Assembly (NCBI GenBank): GCA_000708835.1
Contig: DF237016.1
Location: 1-64,000 of the forward strand
Reading direction: 5' to 3'
From: Klebsormidium nitens
Lineage: Eukaryota > Plantae > Klebsormidiophyceae
Length of the DNA: 64,000 bases
Both the position numbers and the translations under genes were made by a program. Numbering within the stretch: the stretch's first letter is position 1; each line of letters opens with the position of its first letter. The notes beneath the pieces were generated by a model. That model saw only the letters and a program-made list of their open reading frames with translations, ran no database searches and was not told where the DNA came from. Positions 1 through 11,800 of this stretch are shown here, one piece after another.

Positions 1-683
1 TACGGTCAAAATTTGAATTTCTGTGTTGCCGTCGGATCCTGAAGATTAGATAGACATTCATCGTACGATCTCCGCAAAACGACTATTGTCTATCATTGAG
101 GTTGATGTCAACAGCCACGCGTCGCACAATCAGGTCGAAACCGTACGGTCAAATGGAGTGCTGGGTACATGGTAGAACATACGATTCAACCCTAGGCGCT
201 GAACTAAATTAGTGCATCGATCAAGTACCCATGAATTGACGTTTCTGATCTACCGGGCACAGGTGTAGAATCCATTCAAGAGCGCCGGCTTTAGAATCGC
301 AAGTCTGGTTCTAAAGAAATCGTAGGCTCCGTTGGCACGCCGGTGTTACCTACCCGACAGACCGGCGCGACACCCCGGTCACGACGGTCTGACAAATCCG
401 TGACCGGTGTGTCACGGGCCAGAATGCCCCATAGGTGCCTTGTGCAGAATACCGGCTTCTTCAATCTAAGTTATAAGCTTGCGGTTGCTACAATTCTGCC
501 GAAATCGCCCACTCAAACTTTCTAAGAATCAGGGATTGACAAATTGGCGACGTGCCTTTTCGATTGCCGCAAAGGGCCACGGACATAAAACAATATTAAC
601 GACATGCAATAAGGCAATGATGCAACGATAACACATAGGGGTAAAAAATGTCCTTCATAGTCAGCCGGGATCGACCAAACAAT

Positions 684-3600
684 TCAACTTAGACCCATCA
701 TCCCATGTTGTTCTTGGTCTTTCCAATCTAGTTTCTCCAGGACTTGGGCAAGGACCCCCCTGTCCCCAGCGGCAACAACCTCATGCGAGGTCGGAACTGC
801 ACCTGCAGAGCTTGCATAGGAGCATCTTCACAGCTTTCAGGCGAACTCAAAGGCTTTCACCAATCGTCCTGCAGTTGCAATCCTAGCACGCAGTATGCAA
901 CTCAAGCACGAAGGGTTAGCAAGTAAATATCGATGTGAGTCCCGCACAAGCGCGCCTCTGAGCTGCCTCAAGATAAGACTGCCGGTTAAATAAACAAGCA
1001 AGCAACCGTTCTGTGGTCGCTGTGCTTGTTTTTGGAGCGCTTACCCGGCTCTTGTGCATACTCGAGAGCGTCCCACGTCAGAGGCGCGCCGGCCCAATCC
1101 GTGATAAAGCCTCCGGCGCCCTCGATCACGGGCACCAATGCTAGGTAATCGTAAGGCTGCCAATCGGATGGATAGGCTTCAATTGACTTCAGTTGACGCC
1201 CAAAGCAAGTGTTGGCGATGAAATACCACTCAGGTTCCAGGGAGCTGCAGTTGCGCTGTATGAAACTGCCCGCAGTGAATGCGGCTCGAAGGAGCTGCTC
1301 TCCAGCCTGTTGTCTGCGCGCAGATTTCTCTTGCGCCGCGCGTCTGGCTTCGGAGCGGCGGCGCGCTCACCTTGAGGTCCGCCTCGACGACGAGGTCGCA
1401 GTGCCCCGCCGCCAGCAGGCCGTACGCGTAGCAGTCGCAGCCATAGAGCGGGAGGCGGACCTGCGAGGACACGGGAAGCGGATCACGAGGGGTTCCCTGC
1501 GACGCGGGCAGTGCAAGCGGCCCTCACGACGTGGGGCGCCGTTCATGTCTGGCTTCGGAAACAGCAAGGCATGCGTGGCGGGCTACTGCTCTCAGCGCCG
1601 GGCAACTCGATTGCAGACACTTTCAACTAAAGCTCTTGCACTCTCCAAGAATTGACCTTGCAACGCGTGTCACTCGCCCTCGGGACGCAGCACACTCTAC
1701 GAAATGGGTCGTCCCTCGACCTTCTAAACTGAGGCTCTGCATATCACAGAAATTCCAAGAAAAGTCCGCGCTTTTGTTAAAGGCCGCCACTGTGTAGACC
1801 CTGCACCGGCAGATAACACGCGAGGAGCGACCAAAGAGGCACCGGGCACAGTCCAGCACTCTAAGGATCAGTGTGCTGCCTGCCGCCGCTCACCGCATCC
1901 CGCACCCGTAACCAGGCCTCTTCCGTCCGGCCTTCGAACATGTGGGGCGTCGTGGAGTACCTGCCGAGAGGGGGGGCATCAGTGGCGTGCTCTGCAAGCA
2001 ACGGAGCAGGGCCCCACGTCCTCGGGGGCAGCAGGCAGGGTGCCTGGGCGCTGTCTCGCAAGGACGAGTGCCCCACCTCCATTTGGACGGAATCCTTGAC
2101 CTGGATGTAGACGGAAGACCAAATAGGACGGTCCGCCAACTCGACGTTGTTTCGAAATCAGCGGATCTTGACAAGGTGTCAAAACGTGACTTTTTTCAGA
2201 CCTGAGCCGTTAGCAAGGCGGTTACCCCAAAAGTAGTCGACATGCGGCTCTGTTGGCACGAGCAACGCCCGAGCCGGGCAGTACTTCCGTCATGTGTACG
2301 CAGGCTCACATGTATGCATCAGCGATGTCGTCACAGGGCCTCGCCCTAATGGGTGTGCCGTTGAGCGTGGTGGCGGTGCCGGCCACGCCCAGCCAGCGCT
2401 CGCGCAGCACCGGCTGGTCGATCACGCCCACCACGGGAACGCCGCGGTGGACCAGCGCAATGAGCGTGCCAAACAGGGGCTTGCCTGCACCGCGCAGCAC
2501 CGGCGGTCAGCACCAGCGGGGCGGGCAACGAATCGCACACCCCTACATACACCCGGGGATTGGCCACCACGCCCTTTATTGATGAACGGGATGGATTTGC
2601 CAACACAATCCCTCAGAATGAGGAGGTCCATAATTCGCACGAGATTTGAATTGTAGAGGCCAGAGAAAGATGGATCTCAAGCTTTGCGTTGCGGGCCTCA
2701 CCTACCCGTGATGAAGCTCTTGGTCCCGTCAATTGGGTCCAGCACCCACACGTTCTCCCCGCTTCCTGCCCCCAACTCCAGCCCCGCTTCCTCCCCGAAT
2801 CTGCACACAGGCCCCACCGTGGATTCACTCGTGCACAGGGAAAGATGACGAAGAGAAGCACACCAAGGGATAACCGTGCCGGTCTGAAGAGTTGCGCTTC
2901 CGCAACCTCAAGGGCAGACAGCTCCTCGCCCACTCCATGCCGGCGACGGTGCCTCGGAGACAAAGTACGATGCACAAGGATTCGCACCGACCATCCCCGT
3001 TTGTAGGCCGTCAAGTTGAGGTAAGTCCCTCAGGATGTCTTGAGATGGCTGTGTATGATGGTTCGGTGACCCTTACACTCCATGGTGTGGGAAGTGCTGG
3101 TGTATCAGTGCACGCATGGCTGCTTCTGCTGCTCGGTCCGCCTGCGTCACAGGGCCTGCACACAGCCCACACGCTGTCAATGACGGCTCGCCGAAGGAAC
3201 AATCTGGAGGACACCGTGTATGCAAAAAGCTGGGAGAAGCCATCGATGCGCCTCACATGCCAAGCATGGAGGCAGCTTGCGCCACACAGCTTGTGTGACC
3301 CCACCGTACACCACAACCTCCTTTGGCCCGAAGCACTGACGGAAGGACGTTGAGATTCTTATCTTAATGATTTCAGCAGCGCGAACTTTGAACATTTGAG
3401 TGAAAGATAAGATTCAAAAGAAAGAACAGGACTGTTTCGTAATCCCCACGAACCCAACAAATATCATCGCCAATGAAGTATTCTGCATATTTCGCCCTGA
3501 GATTGGAAAGTAGTTCCGCCCACGTTAACCGCCATTGAAATGAATCAAATTTTGATCTGGGCCGGAGCTCTTTTCGACCGCAGCAACTCCACCTCCCGGG

Positions 3601-4567
3601 CACCAACGGGTCTGACCAGCCTTAAGCTCAGCACTTCAATTTGTCCTCACAGTAAGTGGGTGCAAAGCTCCAGAAAGGTCCTCTTATATATAACTGCTCA
3701 AGACCCCACTGCGCTGATAACACCTAGAGGTGCTGGCATTAGAGCAGGTTTTCGAAGAAAAATCGTTCCGGAGGTGCCAATTGCGGCCACTGCATGGCTC
3801 ACTGGCATCAGCCTTGCTCTCCACGTTGATGCCAGTACGGAAGTAGCGCCGCGTGATCTCCCCCGCAGCGTCCGCCAGCGTGTGGGCCAACTCCACAAAC
3901 TCCTGCACGCAGACGAGACCCCCAGCTGACATCACAACAGACCTCCCCACGATAACACGGAGGAAAGTTCTCGCTTGTCCACCAATGAGTTGTGGCTATC
4001 AAACTTTCCCCAATGCCATCAATTTTCCCAATGCTGCAAGTAGAGGGTCATTGCCTTTGCACACAAGGGGCATACCACCTGCACCATCGCGGTATACGAT
4101 TGAATCAAAGCCCACCAGATCCCAGGATCCAGTCACACTGTAGGAAGCAGTGCCTGAAACACATGGTTGTTGCAGCACCCAATGGGCCGCTCCAGTGTCA
4201 GACGTTCGTGACAGCCCATAGCCCCGGTCCTCTCTACAGACAGATCCTGGAGCAAATCCAAAATTGTACTTACTGGTGGCACCGAGGGGCCCGCTGCTTG
4301 GTCTGCCAAGGGGCTCGACTGGACCGATGCAGCGGAGATGTGGGAAGAATCAGCCGCCATGGGCCTCAGCAGGTCTGCATTTGAGTTTGGATGGAGGCGC
4401 CCGAAAAATGCAGGGGGACTGAACTGGCTAAGTCTGCGCGGTGCTTGTCGCAGACGAGGCACGTAAGCTTGCGTTCCGGGACCGCTTCGGCGAACGTCGC
4501 TACTTTTACATAAGTTTTCAAATGGCGGCAGCTGCACAGCCACTCTTGCAGCGCTTGACTGCATCAT
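684..4567 (-). CDS. HISN7: Plastid histidinol-phosphate phosphatase / inositol monophosphatase-like 2 (9 exons)
   Basis: Exons 4274-4567, 3803-3902, 3077-3155, 2706-2800, 2310-2484, 1894-1960, 1371-1460, 1045-1156 and 684-802 are all GT-AG and phase-consistent. Spliced motifs: EFVELAHTLADAAG, SPVTQADRAAE, FGEE, WVLDPIDGTKSFITGKPLFGTLIAL, YGCDCYAYGLLAAG, PYDYLALVPVIEGAGGFITDW. Exon 1 resembles a Ser/Arg-rich transit peptide. The exact start Met is less certain. Confidence 0.93.
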
Positions 4568-4929
4568 GGAAAGCAGTGAACCGCCAATGCCAAGTCACAA
4601 CAGTGGCTGGAGTGTAGTCTCTGAGCACTGATTTCTGCTGCGATGTTGCCTCAGGAACCCTCGTTCCAGATTCACTCTGCTTTGACTGCGCGCCTGCATT
4701 AGTCCCTGGACAGCTCGGAGAGTGCCTGATGGTGGTGGTACAGTGGTCAATGAAGAGGCCACACTGTTCGGACCCCCTGTTGAATTTCCAGTCGTTTGGA
4801 GCTGGTCACACCGCTGCGATTACGTGTGCTCTGCGCCTCCTGAAGCCTGATCGGGCTCTGCCCACGCTCCAGACAACATCGACTGTCCTAGGCAGTTGAA
4901 GAGATTGTCTTTTGGACAACAATCTGATA

Positions 4930-5224
4930 TACCGTAGTCCAACGTAATGATTCCGAATAAATAAATAATTATCTGCGTTCGGAAAGTCAGAAATTCGGAT
5001 TTCCCATTCGGAAAGTAGAATTTCGGAAAGGTAAAATAACTTTGAAATAGTCCTCGGAAGCCGTAAAACTGCCAAAAACAGCCGAAAACTCCCCTTCCAA
5101 GTCAGACCATAGGGCATTCGGATTCTGGTCGGAATCAGCATACATAATTCCACTTATTTGGTCGGATTGTTGGAAAATAATTTGAAATAAAATCGTTCGG
5201 AATCATCACGTTGGACTACGGGTA
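4930..5224. mobile_element. Non-autonomous miniature inverted-repeat element (MITE), probably Tc1/mariner-pogo-like with TA target duplication
   Basis: Left end CCGTAGTCCAACGTAATGATTCCGAA (4932-4957) is the reverse complement of right end TTCGGAATCATCACGTTGGACTACGG (5196-5221) with 1 mismatch. TA lies at 4930-4931 and 5223-5224. The interior is AT-rich and non-coding with repeated TCGGA(A) motifs. Confidence 0.75.
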
Positions 5225-5618
5225 TTCTGGACTTTGGCATCCAATAGGGTCATCGGTAAAAGCTAGATTGTATTTCGAAAGCAGAGGCCGACCAGTCTGA
5301 TTGCAAAGTACATTTGCGAACGACGCCTCTGTAAATGTTGCCGGACTATTGGTAATACCGGTATTGACATCTTGGTTTTTGAAGTTGTCAGTGTCCAACG
5401 TTCATGAAGATAGCCAGGAAGTTTACTTCAACTTGAAGTGCCAAGCCAGGTACCGTAGCTTGGCCTGGAGAACTCAGCAGCTTGAACCATTGGCATTGGT
5501 GTGATTCGTGAAGGAAGGAAGCACGTCCTGTATCATTTGACAGTCAAGCAGTCGCGTTGATGCGCGCTGTCGTGTATCACTTTGGCTAGCAGAGTTGTTT
5601 GTTTACGGGACAGTAACA

Positions 5619-7741
5619 ATGAGGTAAGCAATCCCTGCCGTTCCTATTTCTTGTATGGAAAGGATGCCTGAGCATGTTTTGATCAGTCATTCTTGTAGGA
5701 CTTCTTCTCTGGGGGGAAATATTGTGTCTTTCATGCTTTGATTGTTTTGAATAGATGCTGCTTCCTTCAAAATTTTGACATGGATTCTTGGCAATGGTTG
5801 CATTCGGAGCTACAAGCTGCACCCCCTTGATGTCATGGTCACATGTGAACGAGGGGCTGTACAGCCTTGACTTGATTTATGCGGGATTGGCTGCCCTTTT
5901 TTTCTTTGCTGCAAGACTTTCTGGAAGGGATACCCCGCAAAGTCTCTGTCCTTCCGTGATCTTAGCACACATAGACACCAAGATGGGCCGGGAGGGTGGT
6001 TGCAGAAGGGTGTTGGTCTGCAGGGAGTGATTTGTTGAGGACTGTGATTGTGTGTAAGTGCGAAGGCCGGGCCATCAAAAGAAAATGGCGAAGCTGCCTG
6101 GTTCTTCCATGATTCAAGATGCAGAATGCCCGATGATTCATCATGTTTATTTGTAAACAGCGATGCAGCTCTGCAAGTTTTATCTCGCCAGATCAAGCTA
6201 ACACAGTTCCTGTTTTCATGCCGCAGCCGAGCAATGGAGGAGGATGCGGTGGTAAGTTGCCTAGGAATGTGACACACCATCAAGAAGGGCTTTTGTTAAG
6301 GAGCCCTTCGGCGCGATCGAGTGGATGCAGTCTCGCCTGTATGAGGACCTGCCAGTAGTACAATTACATGACCCTCTTGAAGGCATCTGTGATTTGCCTT
6401 GGATTTCTAAGCTGGTGGACTTTGCTTTCCACCTGTGCCTGTTACTAACTGGGGGGTGATACTGCCTTGCAGGAGAAGACTGAGGAGGAGGAATTTAGCA
6501 TCGGGCCCCTCTCAGTACTGTACAACAGTGTGAAGAGCAACTCTCAAGTGAGCCCCAAATGCCAATGCGGTGGCCTTTCTGCCTTATGGATGGGCAGCGG
6601 GCTGTTGCATCCACTTGTAATGGAGACGACACTGCTGAGGATGATGACGCTTGTGGCGCTGGTGCATGTCTGCTGGGGTACATCTCCTAGCTGTCCTTAG
6701 TGTACACTTGGTTGTGCCCCGTCACCTTCATGGAGGTTCGCGGATATTTTTCAAATTTAGACCCTCGGCCTTCTTTGCCAATCAGTGACTTTTTTGCTGT
6801 CTTTTGGAGGCCGCAATCAGAATCATCACAATGAGCGGATCCTGGCTGCTCTCAATTTTCTCTGTTTTGCACATAGTTCTGGTTATTTCAATGGCCTTTT
6901 CTTCTATAGGTTCTTTGACAGGTTCACTTGACTCTTAGAAGGATCTGCGCGGGGGGAAAGCAGCATTAGTGGCAAATAAGTCTGAAATTTTCATATGTGG
7001 CTGCGCTAGGCCCTTGAACGCCAGTCCGATTCGTAAGTCCATTTTCGTCAACCTGTCCTTGCAGGTCTTGATCAATTGTCGAAACAACAGAAAGCTACTT
7101 GGGAGGGTGAAAGCTTTTGACAGACACTGCAACATGGTGCTTGAAAACGTTAAAGAGATGTGGACAGAGGTAAGCGACATTGTTTCGGATGCTCTTTTTG
7201 TACACCCAAGTAACAGGAATCGTTTTTGCAATCTTCGCCAACTATCCCGAACTCCTCAGTTCTGAAACGTGTGGACAAGGTGTGACGGCCATTGCACTGT
7301 CAAAGTCTGCTATGTTTCTCCGTCTGAGCTCCCTTTCCAAAGAAGCGGTCATCAGTAGGGAAGCGGATGACTAAAGAAGGGACATTACAGATATTTGACA
7401 AAAAGAACCCCCTTATTATTTTTGTACATTGCAAATGACAGTCACTTCCGTTTGCAATGTTTGCCAATCATCCCTTACCTTCATTCTGAAAGCTACGGAC
7501 GAGATGTGAAAGCAATTGCAATGTTGCAGTCTTCGATGTTGATTCGTCTGAGCTTCTTCCAAAAGTAGCGACCTTCTACAGGACGGACCTTTCAGTTCAT
7601 TGATACAAAACCCCCTTCCTGCAGGTTCCAAAAACCGGGAAGGGTCAAAAGAAAGCAAAGCCTGTAAACAAGGATCGCTTTATTAGTAAAATGTTTCTTC
7701 GAGGGGACTCTGTCATCATCGTTCTGAGAAATCCTAAGTAG
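5619..7741 (+). CDS. SmD2: Small nuclear ribonucleoprotein Sm D2 (5 coding exons, 108 aa)
   Basis: Exons 5619-5623, 6227-6251, 6473-6547, 7065-7169 and 7625-7741 give [108 protein letters not shown], a canonical SmD2 sequence. Confidence 0.97.
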
Positions 7742-8844
7742 GTGTTCACTATATGCCAGAAATCCATAGCGAAGACTGCGTTTCTCTAAAAAAGCTTTTA
7801 TTCTTTTATCGTTTGAAGATTAATATATCCCTATCGCATATTCCTCCGGGCTGAATCCGATACTGTTTGCGCATCAACAGCCTCGATGGTTTGAACAGGT
7901 ACGGTCCTACTGCATGTTATAGATGGATTAGCGCTGCCGTGTTTCAAATGTTTCGGATCACATTCGATTCGAGTCACTTCGTACGTCTGGTCCTTCGGCC
8001 ATGCAATTTGCTTGATGTACTAATCAAACTCAATCATTTTACCTGTACATTCTCTGCCAGTGGCACTGATCGTGTAATTGTTACGTCGTGATACGTCCTA
8101 AAGGCCCGGCCCGTCACATGAGCATGGCGGCACATGCAGCGGCGTGGGCCGGCCCGCGAGCTGCCTGTGCCCAGCTCAGTCATGCGTATGCAACAATATT
8201 TCGACGCGACAACTTATAGCCTGCACATGCACGATCTACCATCATGAGGTATAGTCGAATCGTACGTCTTTCAAATCCGAGTGATCGCAAATTGCATGCA
8301 GCCTGCAGCATGGTTGACTCATGGCAGGTACCACATTCAAGTCCAAACAACTCTGATCTTGCAGTCAGATAATGAAGGCATGACCGTATAGGGCATGCCT
8401 GCATGTTGAAAGACATGATAGACTTCATCCGCACAATTGTGGCTCGGCAGAGCTTGGCTATGCAGGACGACAACTTGCAAAAACCAACGACACGTCACTG
8501 CCCGGTGTGGAGCAATTCTCAGGCTCCCATCTCATACCAACACTTTGCGACAGTGCGTAGCATCTTCTTAGTCAGGAGCCCGCAAGTCAAGCTCAGGCTC
8601 CAGGCATGCAAAAGGCGTTGCCGGACATTCACACCTTCAAGCTGTGAGGTCGACGCAACATGGCGAGTGTAAAGACAACTTCAAAGTCGTCAACTCCGTA
8701 TGGTGCTTGAACATGGTTTCGAGTCCGCTCTCTTTTCCGTCTCTACCCACAAGCAGCTGCTGATGGTAACAGCCTGACGAAACGGCTGGGGACTTGGTCA
8801 GAGCCGAGGCAGGTTGCGTCTCTCAGTCGGCTCCTCTCGAACGA

Positions 8845-11800
8845 TCAATTGAGAGTCTTTCGACACCTGCATGCGAACCACGATCGGACCAATCAATTAC
8901 CAGGCGCTGACGAGTAGGACTAGCGAGGAATCCACTACCCCGATCAACACGGCAGCAAGACAAAGAGAAAGAGAAACTGACGTGCACGCCAACGCGACAA
9001 CGTCACAAATAAGCAACTGAGTTGCGCGAGACCGCAGCAAGTGACGTCGCAGAACGACCGAGAGCCCCTCACTTTGCTGCGCCGCAATTGCAGGGAATCT
9101 TCACGTTTTCAAACGGAAACTTGTAGTCGTACGTGAGCTCCTCCCCCGGCTCGATCCGCCGCTTGGAGTAGATGACGATCTTCTTCTGCCCCTCCACCCA
9201 GATCACCTTGGTGTAGCAGTTGGGCTGCGCACCAGTAGGGAGCAAAGTGGGAACGGGCACACCACACCAATCAGAAGGCAAGCACGCACAGAAGGCCGGA
9301 CAGCATCAGCACGAGGTCCTCCCGAGACTTGTTATTCAACGATTGTTGGGCAATGACTGGAGACTAGCCGACGGTGTGCTTCTGTGCACGAAGTTCCTCG
9401 CACGCTGATGAGTGAAAGAAGCAGAGGCTGCTCGATCGTCCCTGTGAATAAGTCTGACCTTCTTCTCTTTCCAAACGACCGGTGGCCACAGCCCAATGGG
9501 TCATGGCAAGCTCAATCAAAGTATCAATGTCATATCGGTGTTTGACAGCGCAGGATGAACTTACATCGCAGCAATGGTTGATGAAGCGCGCTGCGCCCCC
9601 CATTTTCGTGGCGTCGATCACATTATCGTCGTCGATTCGGAAGAGGTAGCTGCTACCGATCCCTAGCTTCTCATACCGCTGCTCGCGCAGTTCGGACACC
9701 TGGCAAAGAACGCAAGAAGCTTGTCAAATGCCTTATGCTATTGTTCGGATCCGCGACTCAAAGCAGCGTGTCGTGCCCCTTTCCTGTGGTTCAGTAGCAT
9801 ATGATCACGGGTGGCGGTGTAGCGGGCTTGCAGCAAGTCCCAACTAGCCAGGGGGAGCGATGTTCGCAAGCAAATTAGAACTGTCCCAAGTACTTTTGCC
9901 CGTTCGTGCCCCTCTAGGACAGGCTTGATAGCGTGGGACTCTCCCATGGCATCCTTGGCTCCACGAACCCCTGTGGTGCCGCGTGGCTTACCGGCCTGCG
10001 GATGACCTGTCCGATGTACTCGATGACGAAGTCCTCCGCCTCGATGGCCTCATCCGTGACGATGCCCCAGTCGTGGATCTTGCTCCGCACGAACTTGAGC
10101 TTCTTCTTGCGCGACTTGAGCTGGCTCAGCTTCAGCGCCGCCACGCCCTCCGCGCTCGCCGCCAGCTCGCGCTGCGTCTTGCGGTGCAGCCGCGCCGTCG
10201 GCTGCCGGGGCCCCACGCCAGCCGCAGCCGGCACCTCGGCGACCTGCGCCAAAGGGCTGCGGGGGGCTGCCGCGGTCGCCGGCAGGGTCTTCCCTACGCG
10301 AGACGCGTTCTGGTTCCGCTCGCGCCACTCCGTTCCGTTGATGGACGTGCGAGCACAGCCATCCGCAGTGAGGGTGTCGTCCAAGTGAGGCCGCTTGGGG
10401 CGGCGGCCTTCCTGCCCCGCCTTATGCGGCTGCTGGTCGCCGGACCCGTGACCCTCTTCCGGATCCCAGCCCGCAGGATCAAGCACCGGCTCGAGCTGCG
10501 GAAGAGCAGGCGTGTCGGCCGGGACGGAGCCTAAACCCCAGGACACTGCCGGGGACGCGCGAGCATGGTTTAAAGACAGGTTCCAGGGCGAGGTGACGGG
10601 GTCCGGCGACTTCAACATGGCGGCCAGCGGCTCGTCCGCGAACTCCGTCCTCCAGTCGGCCCCTGCAATCGCGAGAACAAGGAGGAGTTGGGAGCCGCGG
10701 TATGCGCACCAGCCGGAGCAGAACCTGCCTTGAAAGCACTCGTGGTGCTGCAGCCCGCACACAACGTCTTCTGCAGAAACCCGAAAGGCAGCAGCCTGCA
10801 ACCGCAAACAAGATTGCATTGCTCTGATCCTCAAAAGCCGGCGCTGTCTTTCGCACGAGCTTGATGTTGTTTATTTAGAGAGTGTCCGACAACCGATTAC
10901 AGATGGGAGCACGGTCCTTGTAGAGTCGCCCCTCACAACGCTTGGGACTGCACAAGAAAAGCGATTTTTACCTGGAGTCCCCGGGTACGCGGCCGCTGCC
11001 CCGCCCTTCCTTCCGTCTGCTGCTGGGGGCGTTGCGAAAGGGGCTCCTTTCCGTTTACCTTTCTTAGCCGCAGGCTTCCCCCCAGCACCAGCCTCTGCTT
11101 CCTGCCCTTCCCCCTTCCTCTTCCCCTCCGTCTTCCCGGGCCGCCGGACCCCGTTTGGTGCGTGGGTCCTCGCAGATACCCCCCGCACTACATCGTTGGT
11201 AAGTGCGTCGGAGTCCCCTCGTCCTCCCATCGACTGCCCCTCGCCTCCCTCCTTCCCCTCACCCCGCTTCTTCGCCCCTGCTGAACCGGGCGTCTCCCCA
11301 ATCCCCGACTCCCGCAACAGCTCGGAGGCCTTCTGTAGCCCCTCACGCAGCTTCTTCCTCTTCCCCGAGGTCCCTGGCAAGGCTGACGTCAACCCCACAT
11401 CCTCAAACGCCATGCCGGTCTGCTCTTCCGCTGTGGACTGAACGAGTAAATGCTCCGGCGAGTCGAAGGCCTCGTCTGCATCCGCTCTCCTTCGTTTCCT
11501 GCTTGCCGGCTCCCCCGACTCTTCTCCGACATGTCCGTTCTCTCGCCCTCTCTTCTCGTGTGCGCCTGCCGCCGCTTCCTTCGCTTTCTTCTTTTGCGCC
11601 TTGCTTTCACGAGCCGCCTTCAGCTGTGCGATTTGCTTCGCCCGCCTCTCCTCATCAGGGAGCACCCTTTTCTCTTTGCCACCCCCCTTCTTCGGCCGGC
11701 CAACCTTCTTCTCCTTCTTCACTTCACCTCCCGCCGCTGTGCCTGGTTCCTCGTCAGCATTCGCGTCCCCTTCGTTCGCTGACGTGTCGCCTGGCTCCTC

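Noticed and set aside
6630-6990. C-box-like ATGATGA in a SmD2 intron (possible snoRNA)
   Set aside because: No D box at a plausible distance with a terminal stem, and no recognisable rRNA-antisense element.
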